DNA from: Mytilus trossulus
Taxonomy: Eukaryota
Assembly: GCF_036588685.1 (NCBI RefSeq)
Contig: NC_086378.1
Coordinates: forward strand, 56,792,001-56,856,000
Reading direction: 5' to 3'
DNA: 64,000 bases
The position numbers and the translations under genes were made by a program. Of the stretch, positions 1 to 12,115 are shown in pieces (position 1 is the stretch's first letter; every line of letters begins with the position of its first letter). The notes under the pieces are model-generated. The model had not been told where the DNA came from, searched no databases, and worked only from the letters and a program-made list of their open reading frames with translations.

Positions 1-16
1 GAAAATTCCTGTCTGG

Positions 17-78
17 TACCAGTGGGACCCAAACCTTCAATGTCAGGATCTAAATGAAGCCCTCTAACCAACTGAGCC
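17..78 (-). mobile_element. degenerate tRNA-derived SINE head
   Basis: Reverse complement reads TGGCTCAGTTGG (A-box-like) ... GGTTTGGGTCCC (degenerate B-box); no complete cloverleaf. Confidence 0.35.
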
Positions 79-461
79 AAAAAAGATTTACCTTAGTTAT
101 CTAGACTACCTCCAGGTCTACATTAAGATTTACAAGAAGTCAGATAGACTTAATTCTGCTGTCCCTATAATGCATATATTTACTTTAAATTTATATTCAT
201 GACATTTGCTTTTTTATTGCTTTTGCTATTTTCTACTTTTTTTGGTGAGCAATATAGAGAAAGAAAGCAGTGCCCATTCAAAACAGGAGATCGTGGTCAA
301 ATCATTTGTTGGCGGTCATTTATCACTTATAAACATATTTACACTTTTGGTATTTAGCTGAATTTTGTCTCAAAATGACCGTAGATTGCCTCCGAATAAC
401 CTTTTGACGTCAAGCAACTGTAACCGGAGAGCATGTATCTACTCTATAAATTCATATCGTT

Positions 462-522
462 ACCACCGGGATTCGAACCTCGGTCGTCTGGGTGACAGTC
501 AGTGCTTTAACCCACTGAGCCA
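462..522 (-). mobile_element. tRNA-derived SINE head / tRNA pseudogene (Asp-like GTC loop)
   Basis: Minus strand TGGCTCAGTGG (A box) ... CTGTCAC ... GGTTCGAATCC (B box); acceptor and anticodon stems do not pair fully. Confidence 0.5.
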
Positions 523-1341
523 AAGAATCGATTCCCTAGCTCAGTTGATTAAAACTGGCTATATATGTTCTACCTGTACTAAGGGGAAGCAACCCCGCTA
601 CACAACAATCACTTTTTTAATGTGACGTCAAATTTTTTTAATTTTTTTGTCAAAGTTTCAGGAACCTGTGTGATTCTACGTAATGGCGGACAAATTTGCA
701 TACAAGTGTAAATACAAAATGTACGTCTATTTTGATTTGTCATGCATCCGCATCTGTATACACTTATAGAGAAACGGGTTTTCAAGTGAGAATATCAAAA
801 GCTCCTCTCATATTCGGTTTTATTTGCAAAATAAAATGTTTAGTACAGGTACCGAGGTCTCTTTTCGACTATAGGTGTCGAAATGACTATACCGAGTGCC
901 GATTTAACCGATTGAGGTAATTTTTTTGGCAATAACATGTTTCTATAAGCCAAATACTGCCTCAAATACAAGCTGCAAACACACACCACAGTATCTCTTC
1001 CAATTACTGAAAAATTAGCAAAAGTCATAATCGTCTTGTTACAACTTGCATTTTCATTCAACTTGAAACAAAAATATTTATTCCACCATATTGTTTATAG
1101 TGCGTCACTTCCGGTATCTAATGCATTATAATTTCAAACATTTCTACGGAAAGGATATGTAAAAAAAAATGCGAATATTACGAAATGTTTGAAAAATGCA
1201 AGATGGTCTGACAGGGATAATAGTGTCAGAGGTCAAAATGGCCAAACCAAAAAAATATGCTCTTAATTTGTTTTTTAAAAAAGTGTGATTTAAAAAAAAA
1301 CAACAACAGAGATATGTCTCTGTCAAATCCAAATGATATTA

Positions 1342-2486
1342 GAGTGGGGTGCTCATTTCGCCATATCTTTCCATGTTTTCTACAGTTTATGTTCAGGTCT
1401 ATATGTTTTTGAAGTGTACTGACATATTTCAACATGAAGATAACTTCAAATGCTAAAAATTCCTAAGCTTGAAAACATGTTTATTTGAAAATAATCATAT
1501 AGATAAGGTTACATTAAAGGCATCTTCGCTAGCCAAGGGTTACGATCCACTCCCGCTCTCTTCACCCTTGGCGGATTGAGATAACATTGGTAAGGATTTT
1601 TATTGGTTGCAGTCAAAACTCACTGCATCCAATCAAAATGCGCCTATAACATGATCACGTGTAAATGTAGAAAGTGTTTGTAAACAATTGCCACGTGTTT
1701 TTTGTGCAACAAGCCTTTACATCCCTAAACATACGACTATATTTAGTGAAAACTTGAATGTTTTAATCAACAAATAGAAGTTCCTGTGTATGTTTCATGC
1801 ACAAATGCATGAATGTTGACGTATGCTTCTATTTCCGGCTTTACCAAGTGTGTAGAATCTAGACGCTACCGTGATTTTACCTCCAAATTGAAGAGTTCAA
1901 GTGCTACCATTGGTCAAGACTAATGTATTCAGAATTGACGTGATTTTTATCTTCCGATAGATGGCGCAACATTATTATCACAAATGTTGGCTCAATCCGC
2001 CAAGGGTGAAGAGAGCGGGAGTGGATCGTAACCCTTGGCTAGCGAAGATGCATTAAAGGGTGTTTGAAATTTCCTGAAGTTTCGTCAATGGGGTACACAT
2101 ATTCGCCGTTTTTACACATCTATTTTAAACCAAATAACTGCAGCTTTATATAATATTTATCAAATAAATTTCACTATAGATGAACAGCAGCCATTTCAAA
2201 TGTGTAAAAACAGAAATTTAGGCCAATCAGTCCAAAAAATATAGTAAGAAAAAAATCTCTGAAAATCCTGTTTTTCATGCAGGAAATTGACCGAAAATCG
2301 TTGTCCTTTTTTCTATCTTTTGCAGTAAGTGCCGTAATTTTGTTTAAGTTTAAAAAATAATCATATTTGTTATAAAATTATAATTTATCGTCATATTTCT
2401 TCCATTTTAGCCATCCTTTGAAGTGTTTACACATTAAAATCATAAAACGGCGAAATTGTGTCGCCGGCGAATATGGGCCCCCACTC
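1342..2486. mobile_element. older TA-flanked MITE hosting a nested MITE
   Basis: Imperfect TIRs GAGTGGGGtgctCATTTCGCC / GGCGAATATGggcCCCCACTC, each flanked by TA. Confidence 0.45.
1521..2050. mobile_element. MITE with perfect 60-bp TIRs and 9-bp TSD
   Basis: 1521-1580 is the exact reverse complement of 1991-2050; CATTAAAGG is duplicated at 1512-1520 and 2051-2059. Confidence 0.92.
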
Positions 2487-2729
2487 TATATATTGTAGTT
2501 TATTGCAATAGTTTTGGAACGTTTGTTTGTTTTTGCATTATTCATTTGAGAAATCATTTGAGGGAATCTTTATCATAAGCCGGGATCATAAGTAAGCGAA
2601 AAATCATTATATTATCGTTTGAATCAAAATTAAGTTGCCCCTATTAAAAGTGTGAGTATCAGTGAGTGACATCATACATGTAATACATTGCACTGAGTCT
2701 CATCAAGGAATTGTGCAAATATGTCAAAT

Positions 2730-2771
2730 ATATAATTCCTTGGTCTCATATATGAGACCAAGGAATTATAT
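2730..2771. repeat. perfect 42-bp palindrome
   Basis: ATATAATTCCTTGGTCTCATA|TATGAGACCAAGGAATTATAT, no spacer. Confidence 0.95.
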
Positions 2772-3474
2772 TCACACGTCGAATTAATGTATCAATTTAT
2801 TAGTCTCTGCCCGAACTAAATACTGATCTATATATTTGATATCCAAGCGAAATGGTCGATCTCCATAAACATCCATAAGACGACTCATATCCAATAATTT
2901 CCACTGAACAGTTAGAGAAAAATGGGATAAACATCATGACAACAAACTCACACTCGTGACGATTTATATCTAAATTAGTAATGATTTCCCAGACACCATG
3001 GTCAGTCACATCAAAATAAGACGGTAGTATTTTATAAAGTTAAACTGAACTTTAAAAACTGCAAACATTAATGAGTTATTAAAATTAGAAATAAGACACA
3101 TATTTTCGAGGAGAGAAACGTAGTTCTTATTTGTACATGTGCAGTGTCTGAAATCGTTTACAATGCATCTTCTATACATAATCAGATGTTGTTGGTGTAT
3201 CTATCTATGATTCGATGTTTGTAATTCCAAATGAATAATTTGGGACAGGACAGTTTTCTGTAGTTCTCCTCAGTTTTTTGCATTTGAAATGGTGGCATAG
3301 TTATATACAAATTATTACTCTGTATTTGTTTTTCTTTTAGTGGTGGTAAGATGAACTATTTTATTATGGCTGTTATCTATACAGGAGAAGGCACAAAAAA
3401 AGAAGAGCACAGCAAGAATCTGCCAAACTGCAAGGCATCGAAATGCAAGAACAATTTAAAAAAATCTGGGAGAC

Positions 3475-3538
3475 AGTCTTGTGTAGACGAAACACGCGTC
3501 TGGCGTATTAAATTATAATCCTGATACCTTTGAAAACT
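3475..3538 (+). mobile_element. 5'-truncated hammerhead-ribozyme element (3' half only)
   Basis: GTCTtgtgtAGAC-GAAA-CACGCG-TC-TGGCGTA followed by the family 3' end ...TATAATCCTGATACCTTTGA; CTGATGA is missing. Confidence 0.75.
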
Positions 3539-4904
3539 GATAAAGCTTGTCGAAATATCTACCGTAAAGGTAAAGACATATCAAGCAAGAACATAAGGAT
3601 ATACATAAAAAATTTGGGAAAAAAAGAATGGTACCGAGACCATCAAAACTGAATGGGAATATATATATATTTAATAATGAACGACATTAAATTAGACCAA
3701 ACTATTGTAAGCTGCTTAACAATATAAATATAGTTGAAAGACAATCCTAAATAAACCAGTTAGCTCTAAAAATACGACTATCATCCATCGACCAATATCA
3801 GCTATAACTTAATTTTTTTCCATTTAAAACTGTTGTACGCTGGAACGACCGAGAGAGAAAAAAAAATGCCATACACGCATAGAATAAAATTCCGAAGGTT
3901 TTAAGGCAGCATTAACCGACCACAAGCGCGACTAAGTGAGCTGTCAGTCCCGTTGCATCTATAGAGGTCCCGTGGATTCTGCTCCTTACCGAAACACATA
4001 CAATAAGTTAGGCTCTTTATTGTTTTTGTAAAACGTCCATTGTTGTGGTTGTTTCCTTTTGAATGAATAAGTTGCTAGTAATATCATTTGTGAAGTTTTT
4101 TTTTTTTTTAAAGTATTCAATATTTGAAGTTATTTCTTATTGATTTATGACCTTATTTATTAAATCAATTTACCCGGATTTGTCGGAAAGGAATCCATCT
4201 CATGTAGGTAACCGTCAACAACAGATTATTAAAAACTAGCTTTTTTAAAATCTAAATTGTCTCGTTTAATCCACTTTAAAAATCCGTATTATACAAATAA
4301 CAGTGTTAAAAAATTTGGACATTTTTACACTTCACCGAATACCAGTGAACTGATTTATATATTCTATTGATTAATCTATGTACCAAACGCAATATACGTA
4401 TGGTTTTATATTATAGAATTATAATGACATATAAAGAAATAATCACAGTTAGTACCGTTTATTTCATCGCGTTTAATTTTCTTAAAAAATACCCAAATAA
4501 GAGTAATTTTATAGCAAACTGAACAAGAAAATTAAAAGAATTGTGAACGAGTGAAATGCACAGGAAAACAAAACCATGTTGGTTATTTTTTGGACATATA
4601 ATTGCAAAATATAAAAAGTTAAAATACCACAAATTATGTTATTTTATTTTTTTATAATGCTTTAATTTAACTCGAAAATTATTACACCGTATGCGTTTCT
4701 AATGAAGGAAAACTGAAGGAGCGTGTACCAACAATGCTCATTAAAAACGTAGCAAGTTCAATGGTCTGTAATGTCCCAAGAAGGTGTATGTTGCTATTGC
4801 TACTGCTCTGACACTGGGTAACCACTTACACATTCTACCTGGAACAGTAATTGAAGAGTGGAACAGAGTGTCCACTGGGTAAGTAGAACAGAGTGCGCGT
4901 GTGT

Positions 4905-5835
4905 CACTGAGTGAATGAGCGGGTGTGAGTGAGTGAATGAGCGGGAGTGAGTGAGTGAATGAGCGGGAGTGAGTGAGTGAGCCGGAGTGAGTGAGTGATG
5001 TGAGTGAGTGAATGATGTGAGTGAGTGAATGATGTGAGTGAGTGAATGATGTGAGTGAGTGAATGAGTGGGTGTGAGAATGAGCGGGTGTGAGTGAGTGA
5101 ATGAGCGAGTGTGAGTGAGTGAATGAGCGGGTGTGAGTGAGTGAATGAGCGGGAATGAGCTGGTGTGAGTGAGTAAATGAGCGGGTGAGTGAATGAGCGG
5201 GGTGAGTGAATGAGCGGGTGAGTGAATGTATGAGCGGGTGTCAGAATAAATGAGCGGGTGTCAGTGAGTGAATGAGCGGGTGTGAGTGAGTGAATGAGCG
5301 GGTGTCAGTGAGTGAGTGAATGAGCGGTTGTCAGTGAGTGAGTGAATGAGCGGTTGTAAGTGAGTGAGTGAATGAGCGGGTGTCAGTGAGCTGGTGTCAG
5401 TGAGAGTGAATGAGCCGGTGTCAGTGAGTGTGTGAATGAGTGGGTGTCAGTGAGTGAGTGAATGAGCGGGTGTCAGTGAGTGAGTGAATGAGCCGGTGTC
5501 AGTGAGTGAGTGAATGAGTGAATGAGTGGGTGTCAGTGAATGAGCCGTTGTCAGTGAGTGAGTGAATCAGCGGGTGTCAGTGAGTGAATGAGCCAGTGTC
5601 AGTGAGTGAGTGAATGAGCGGGTGTCAGTGAGTGAGTGAATGAGCGGGTGTCAATTAGTGAGCGGGTGAGTAAGTGGGTGCCAACATTCAGTGAGTAAAC
5701 AGTGTCAATGAGTGAGCGTGAGCGGGTATTAGTGAGCGGGTGAGTGTCAGTGAGTGAGCGGGTGAGCGGGTGAGTGTCAGTAAGTGCGAGCGAGTGAGTG
5801 TGAGGTGAGTGTAAGGTGTGTGTGAGCGTGCGAGT
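4905..5835. repeat. complex (GAGT/GAAT/GAGCGGGTGTCAGT)n minisatellite
   Basis: About 900 bp of units built from GAGT, GAAT and GAGCGGGTGT(CA/GA)GT, with strong G/C strand asymmetry. Confidence 0.95.
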
Positions 5836-6205
5836 AAGTTGTGAGAGATAGAGATGAGACAGTCAGGATAAGAGATGATAGAGATAAATGTGAATGAATG
5901 TGAGATATAAGAGCTGATAGAGAGAAATGAGAAAGAGGAGTGAATCGTCATTGAGCGCACACGTCATGCTTGAGCGAAGAACTTGCATGAATCTGAGAGT
6001 GATTGTATGAGTGAACGAACGAAAGAGCGTGTGCATAAGAATTATTAGTATTGTTGAATGAGAGATTTTATTAAACGAGAGAAACTTTACTTGAGAATAT
6101 AATGTGATTGTGTGATCAGACAGGTAGATAAAATAAAATAAACCATGGACTGGTTGGTTAATAAATAACTGAGGTCAGAGTGTGGAAAAGGAAAGACGGT
6201 ACTAC

Positions 6206-9200
6206 CACTGGGGTAAAGCTGATGACCGTAACTGCATTCACGGTCATCCCAAGATATCGGACGAAAAATTAGGTCAGTATTTGTATTGTCGGTTAAGGTG
6301 TTTCTACATCATTATCTTTACAAAGCATACATTGGTACGATGTAAATTTATAAAAGATTCACACGGAAGTCACAAATCTCTACCGAGGAACGTATAGAAC
6401 GGGAAATTGGATTTGAAAAATTCGCTAAGATGACCGTAAATCATCTTTAAAATATTTTCAAGATGACCGTAACATATAATAAGGATGACCGTGATTGGTA
6501 AATTGATGACCGTAATTTCGAAAGGATGACCGTAATTTATAAAGGATGACCGTAACTTTCATAGTATAATCGTCATTTTTAAGAAATATCCGTATTTGTA
6601 TTACCTTTTTTGTATCAAATAATTAATAATATTAATCGTGTTGGTGTAAGACGTATTTATAAGACAACATTATCATAAAGGAAGACAAAAATAAGACTTG
6701 CTTCAAATACATGGTTTGTCATATGTAGCATCTAACTACAAGCCAAAAGAATTTTTTATTTCTGAGATTCCTATTAATTTTATATAATAAATACAGCTTT
6801 TTAAAAATGCCAAAAAGGCAATGGATGTACAGCCATTTATATTATATCGTTTCAACTACCATTACAGATGGTTTTTTTTAAAATTTATTTCAGATACGTA
6901 CATGTGTTATCAATTTTCCACTTGCAAGTTCACCTCATCTAATGTAGACAGCATTTTAATACACACTATAGACAATCATGTTGGTCCACAAACATTTAGT
7001 TTTAGGAAGAAAGTTTTGGATGAAAACACTGGTCATACTGCATATCGGTCCGTACATTTTGGAGTTGAATTTACAAAACTTAAAATGATGTTAGGAAAAG
7101 GTTATAAGCCAAATATAAATTTAGAAGAACATGTTTTTTTAAATACTCCGACCAAACTAGTGAAGGTGAGCTCCAGCAAAATAAATCCTTAAATAGTCTT
7201 GTATAAATAGCGAATTTTAAAGGGGAGCCTTGTAAATTGTATAAACAGAAAACAAAATTGTTTTTTTTTTATATATCAAGACAAATCAATATTTTATTCT
7301 GCTCCTCTGAACCTATACACATGGGCTCAATTACCGGATATTCATAATGTTTAAGGTTCATCTGAATGAATTGAAAAATATTGCCGTTTTTACACACACA
7401 TATCTATTAAGAGAACAGACAAACTGATGCATCTAGGAAAGCGTAAGGACTATGTACCGTGTTACTTCAATGCTAAACATATGGAAACTTTATAGAAAAT
7501 CCATCCTTGTTCTAACATATTTGGCAATTTGATGACGGATAGATATAGGATTATTGCATGCAGTGCTAGCATTGATTTCCTTAAAAACAGTTTATTAATG
7601 TAGTTATTTGTTAGAACAAATAAAAATATGGACCAAATCAAGTACACCTTTTAGGGTGTACTCGACTTTAGTTACTCTGCACGAGGTATTTTGAAATTTA
7701 CAGGTTGGTTAGAACTTTTTGTAAAAAATAAACACTAGCACATCATAGAAAAGCAAGCGAGTAATCTATGTTTCAAATTTTATTACAAAAATCTCTTTAT
7801 TAAAGGCTGTTGATTTTCTATAAAAATCTTGGTTTATTTGCCACAAAGTACTCTTTTTCTATCAAATGCTAGGCAACAGTAATTAATTATGCCTTGCATC
7901 AAGTTTCCCCCTATAGTATATGTTTAAAATGGACTGTATCTATTATACATTATATCTGTAGTTTTGATACAATTGATGTTTAAAAAATTCGTACAAAAAT
8001 GGCTACAGAAGGGTACATAAACCTTAAAGCATGGCAGGACCTTTAGATATGTAAAAGTTATATAAAGTCTATGTTTGTGAAAAAAACAAACCTAACTTAC
8101 CTGGTTTTCGAGGTGCATTTTTTTTAAATATGCAGAAGATAGCAAAATAAACAGACATACGAGTTTCATTTGATACGGTCCACTCAGTTACACAGTTAAA
8201 TTCACCTATTGTTTGCAGGTGTCTATTGTCTATAGTGTCCATTTAAATCACAAGAGTGCACACGCTGAAATGTCTCGCCTTCTTTACTAATCATAGATAT
8301 TATGTTGATAGACCAAATATAAAGCTTTATTACAACTGTCACATAAACTTAACATTAACCAAGAAAACAAAACATTTATCAATGAAGCATGAAAATGAGG
8401 TCAAGGTCAGATGAACCATGCCAGGCTGACATGAACAGCTAACAATTCTTCAATTCAACAATTATAGTTCACTTATTGCTTATAAATTCAGAAAAACAGA
8501 CCAAAACACAAGAACTTAACACTGAGCAATAAGCCGTGAAATGAGGTCACGGTCAAATTAAACCTTTGAACAGAAATATAGATCATAAAATATTTCCATA
8601 CACCATGCAAATATAGTTGACCTTATGCATAAAGTATTAGAAAAATAGACCAAAACTCAAAAACTTAACTTTGACCACTGAACCATAAAAATGAGGTCAA
8701 CGTCAGATGACACCTGTCAGCTAGACATGTAAACCTTACAATCATTACATATACCAAATATAGAAGACCTATTGCATATCGTATAAGAAAAACAGACCAA
8801 AACACAAAAACTTAACTATAACCACTGAACCATGAAAATGAGGTCAAGGTCAGATGACATCTGTCTGCTAGACATGTACACCATACAATAATTCCATACA
8901 CCAACTATAGAAGACCTATTGCATATAGTATAAGAAAAACAGACCAAAACACAAAATCTTAACTATAACCACTAAACTATGAAAATGAGGTCAAGGTCAA
9001 ATGACACCTGCCAGTTGGACATGTACACCTTACAGTCCTTCCATACACCGAATATACTAGACCTATTGCTTATAGTATCTGAAATATGGACTTGACCACC
9101 AAAACTTAACCTTGTTCACTGATCCATGAATTGAGGTCGAGGTCAAGTGAAAACTGTCTGACGGGTATGAGGACCTTGCAAGGTACGCACATACCAAATA

Positions 9201-9999
9201 TAGTTATCCAATTACTAATAATAAGAGAGAATTTAACACTACAAAAACTTTTTTTTCAAGTAGTCACTGAACCATGAAAATGAGGTCAAGGACATTGGAC
9301 ATGTGACTGTCGGAAACTTCGTAACATGAAGCATCTATACACAAAGTATGAAGCATCCATGTCTTCTACCTTCTAAAATATAAAGCTTTTAAGAAGTTAG
9401 CTAACGCCGACGCCGCCGTAGCCGCATCACTATCAGTATGTCGAGCTTTCTGCAACAAAAGTTGCAGGCTCGACAAAAACTACTCACAACATCGATTATA
9501 CTATTTACTATCATTTTCATATAAACTCAAAATACGTCAAAAAGTTAAAAAAAAGAACAAACCGAGCCCCTATTGCGACAAACTCAACAAAAAACAATGT
9601 ATACAAGTATGGATATTTCTTTCAATTGACGGTAATCCTTTTAAATTTAGTAATTCTTTATAAATTACGGTCATCCTTAACAATTTACGGTCATCTTTTA
9701 ACCAATTACGGTCAGCCTTGTTATGAATCGCTAATCCTGTTACGGTCATCTCGATTACGATTTACGGTCATCCTAGCGAATTTTTCAAATCCAAATTCCC
9801 GTTTTATACGCGTTCCTCGGTAGAGATTTGTGACTTCCGTGTGAATCTTTTATAAATTTACATCGCATAAAAAGTATGCTTTGTAAAGAAAATAATGTAG
9901 AAACACCTTTAACAAACAATAAAAATACTGACCTAATTTTTCATCCGACATATTGGGATGACCGTGAATGCAGTTACGGTCATCAGCTTTACCCCAGTG
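6206..9999. mobile_element. non-autonomous DNA transposon, CAC termini, ~240-bp TIRs, 5-bp TSD (Transib-like signature)
   Basis: TIRs start CACTGGGGTAAAGCTGATGACCG (first 47 bp identical, similarity to ~240 bp); ACTAC at 6201-6205 and 10000-10004; subterminal GATGACCGTAA arrays at both ends; no transposase ORF. Confidence 0.88.
8250..9478 (+). mobile_element. HINE/pearl-like non-autonomous element with internal ~147-bp tandem array
   Basis: Starts ACAAGAG; repeat marker ATGAGGTCAAGGTCA at about 8395, 8541, 8691, 8838, 8985, 9131, 9280; terminal hairpin TGTCGAGC...TGCAACaaaaGTTGCA...GCTCGACA followed by an A-run. Confidence 0.75.
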
Positions 10000-11573
10000 A
10001 CTACAGAATAGTAGCATAACAGGCAAAACATTAAACGTCATTTGCAATATGTATGATTATATAAAATCTTGTCATGCTGGTGTACGATAATGTAATACTA
10101 CTATGTCCTCTCCTTTTTTCTTCTATATTTTTTTTATGACACTAGATGGATGTCTCATAGAGATAAGTTCAGAGAAATTTGAAAACTGTTTGCCATATTG
10201 TTCGCTAATAATAGGGTTAATGAAGTAGATTGGGAGGGGGAATTGATGCCAAATGTACTTAAAGTTCTCTACACTTACTGTAATTATGGAAACTAGAGTA
10301 AATATAACAACAACAAAAAATAGTTCTTTTTTTTTATTTTGAATTAGAGGTAAAAAAAATCAGAAGCAGTAGAAAGCAATTCATTTTATGTTTTAATATA
10401 TATGATTATAATAAGGAAATTTAAGAGACGAAAATAAATAAACTTTAAAACCTCATACATCATCTTAAACGTTCATGAGTCTAAAAGGCACAATCTTTCG
10501 TAAAGTCACGTTAGTCAAATAGTTAAAAAAAAAACTTGCTTACAAGACATTTATTTCTAATGGCAGAGGAATTAAAATACAATGAAGATACATACCAATG
10601 CTGATGCAAATGAACATGTTTATAAAACATTTTGAACAATAGACAACTATCATATATTGCGTGAAATTTGTATTAATTCGATATTACTAAGTAGGAATAC
10701 TTTCAATTTATTTATATTTGCGTTAAAACAGGAATAAAAAAGACCGATCTTAGTTTCCCCCCGTTTCGTTTGTTTAAACAGGACAAGACCACTATGTCTA
10801 ACTTTAATCATTTGAATGTCATATTTTGATCTCAAACATTGCATGTTATATAACCTCAATTTGATTTAATTTTTCACATCTTAAGTGGAAAAACAATCAT
10901 ATTATTCAAAATGGAAAAATGTTTGCAAATTTCAGGATTTCTATTGTTTTCAAACTGCAAGCTTTACTTTGCATCAGGAAATTCTTTCCTCTTAGAAAGT
11001 TAACGAAACTTTGCAGATTTGCTCTTTTTAACAATAACTTTTTGAATAGAATTATAAGACATCAATTTTTGAAATTCATTTTCCACATAAAGTAGTGGTC
11101 TCGACCTGTTGAAATAAAGAAAAAAAATAGGACAGAAAATATTATTTGTTTGTATATCTTTGCTTACTGATCGCAGGGTAAAATAATAATATGCATTTTG
11201 AAGTAATGTATTAATATAGAATATCGATGTTCTGTATAGACGCACACACTATCTATTCGTCGTCATCGTCGTAATCAGGTATCTGTAGATATATTGTGGC
11301 ATTTCCACAAGCAGTTACATGTCCGTTCTGATTTTTCATGCTAATCACCAAAGAGTTATATCCCTGAAATATAATAATGAAATACATAATATTACTTCAA
11401 AATAAATCGAATGCAGTGATTAACTTAAATTCTATATCGAAAACTTATTGGAGAGAAAAGAACACAAGTAAAAACTCTTTCGTGACGCATCCTTACTTCT
11501 TTTGGATTTTCATGTCATTGCATATCAATCTTTTCAAGTTAATTGCAATGATTTGTTTTGTGTTGATTGGACG

Positions 11574-11574
<1 letters not shown>

Positions 11575-11641
<67 letters not shown>

Positions 11642-11657
11642 TAATCAATCAATCAAT
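11575..11657. repeat. (AATC)n microsatellite
   Basis: About 20 AATC units. Confidence 0.97.
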
Positions 11658-11907
11658 GTCTACAAAATATGTAAAAGAAACACACGTGATTTAATAGGAA
11701 ATATGCGTAAATTGGTGTTTACTTTTAGTCAGTGACCCCCATAAAACACTTAGAATACGATCAAACATGTGTTCTATAGAAAAGGTGTGTACTTACAAAT
11801 GGTATCTCCTTCATGTCTGTGAATTCAGTGCTGCCGACAATTTTTTCTGAAAATATGCAATTGCAAACAGATACTGGAAAAGGACTAAATTTTGGGCATG
11901 TGAAATA

Positions 11908-12115
11908 CTGTGGATTCATTTATTTTCGTGGGTACCAATTTTCGTGGTTTGAGGAAAACTTACATATTCGTGGATATTTAATTTCGTGGTTTTGGCAAAG
12001 TCTACACTCATTCTTTTATAAAATTTGTATTCCATTGAACATTTGAATTCGTGGTTCTCCTGTACCCACGAAATCCACGAAAATTGGTATCCAACAAATA
12101 TTAATGAATCCACAG
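11908..12115. mobile_element. TA-flanked MITE (Tc1/mariner-type TSD)
   Basis: TA|CTGTGGATTCATT...AATGAATCCACAG|TA, with internal TTCGTGG repeats. Confidence 0.85.

Noticed and set aside
462-522. Functional tRNA-Asp gene
   Set aside because: A and B boxes are present but the acceptor and anticodon stems do not pair; better explained as a SINE head or pseudogene.
3900-3960. Twister-ribozyme-like string (TAAGGCAGC...CACAAGC)
   Set aside because: The conserved GGUNNNAAGCC context and the pseudoknot pairings could not be built.
5688-5960. 90-aa His/Ser/Leu/Thr ORF
   Set aside because: Translation of the minisatellite.
6206-6233. 12-RSS-like heptamer/nonamer
   Set aside because: CACTGGG + 12 nt + ACCGTAACT matches the nonamer at only 5/9 and both ends are symmetric, so there is no 12/23 pair.
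6429-6560. CRISPR-like repeat-spacer array (GATGACCGTAA)
   Set aside because: Repeats are 11 bp with ~11-bp spacers, mirrored at the other transposon end; eukaryotic context and no cas genes.
6182-10047. Similar ORFs 6182-6397 and 9850-10047 (HWGKADDRNCIHGHP)
   Set aside because: Both are translations of the transposon TIRs.
11377-11735. NQSI-repeat ORFs
   Set aside because: Translation of the (AATC)n microsatellite.
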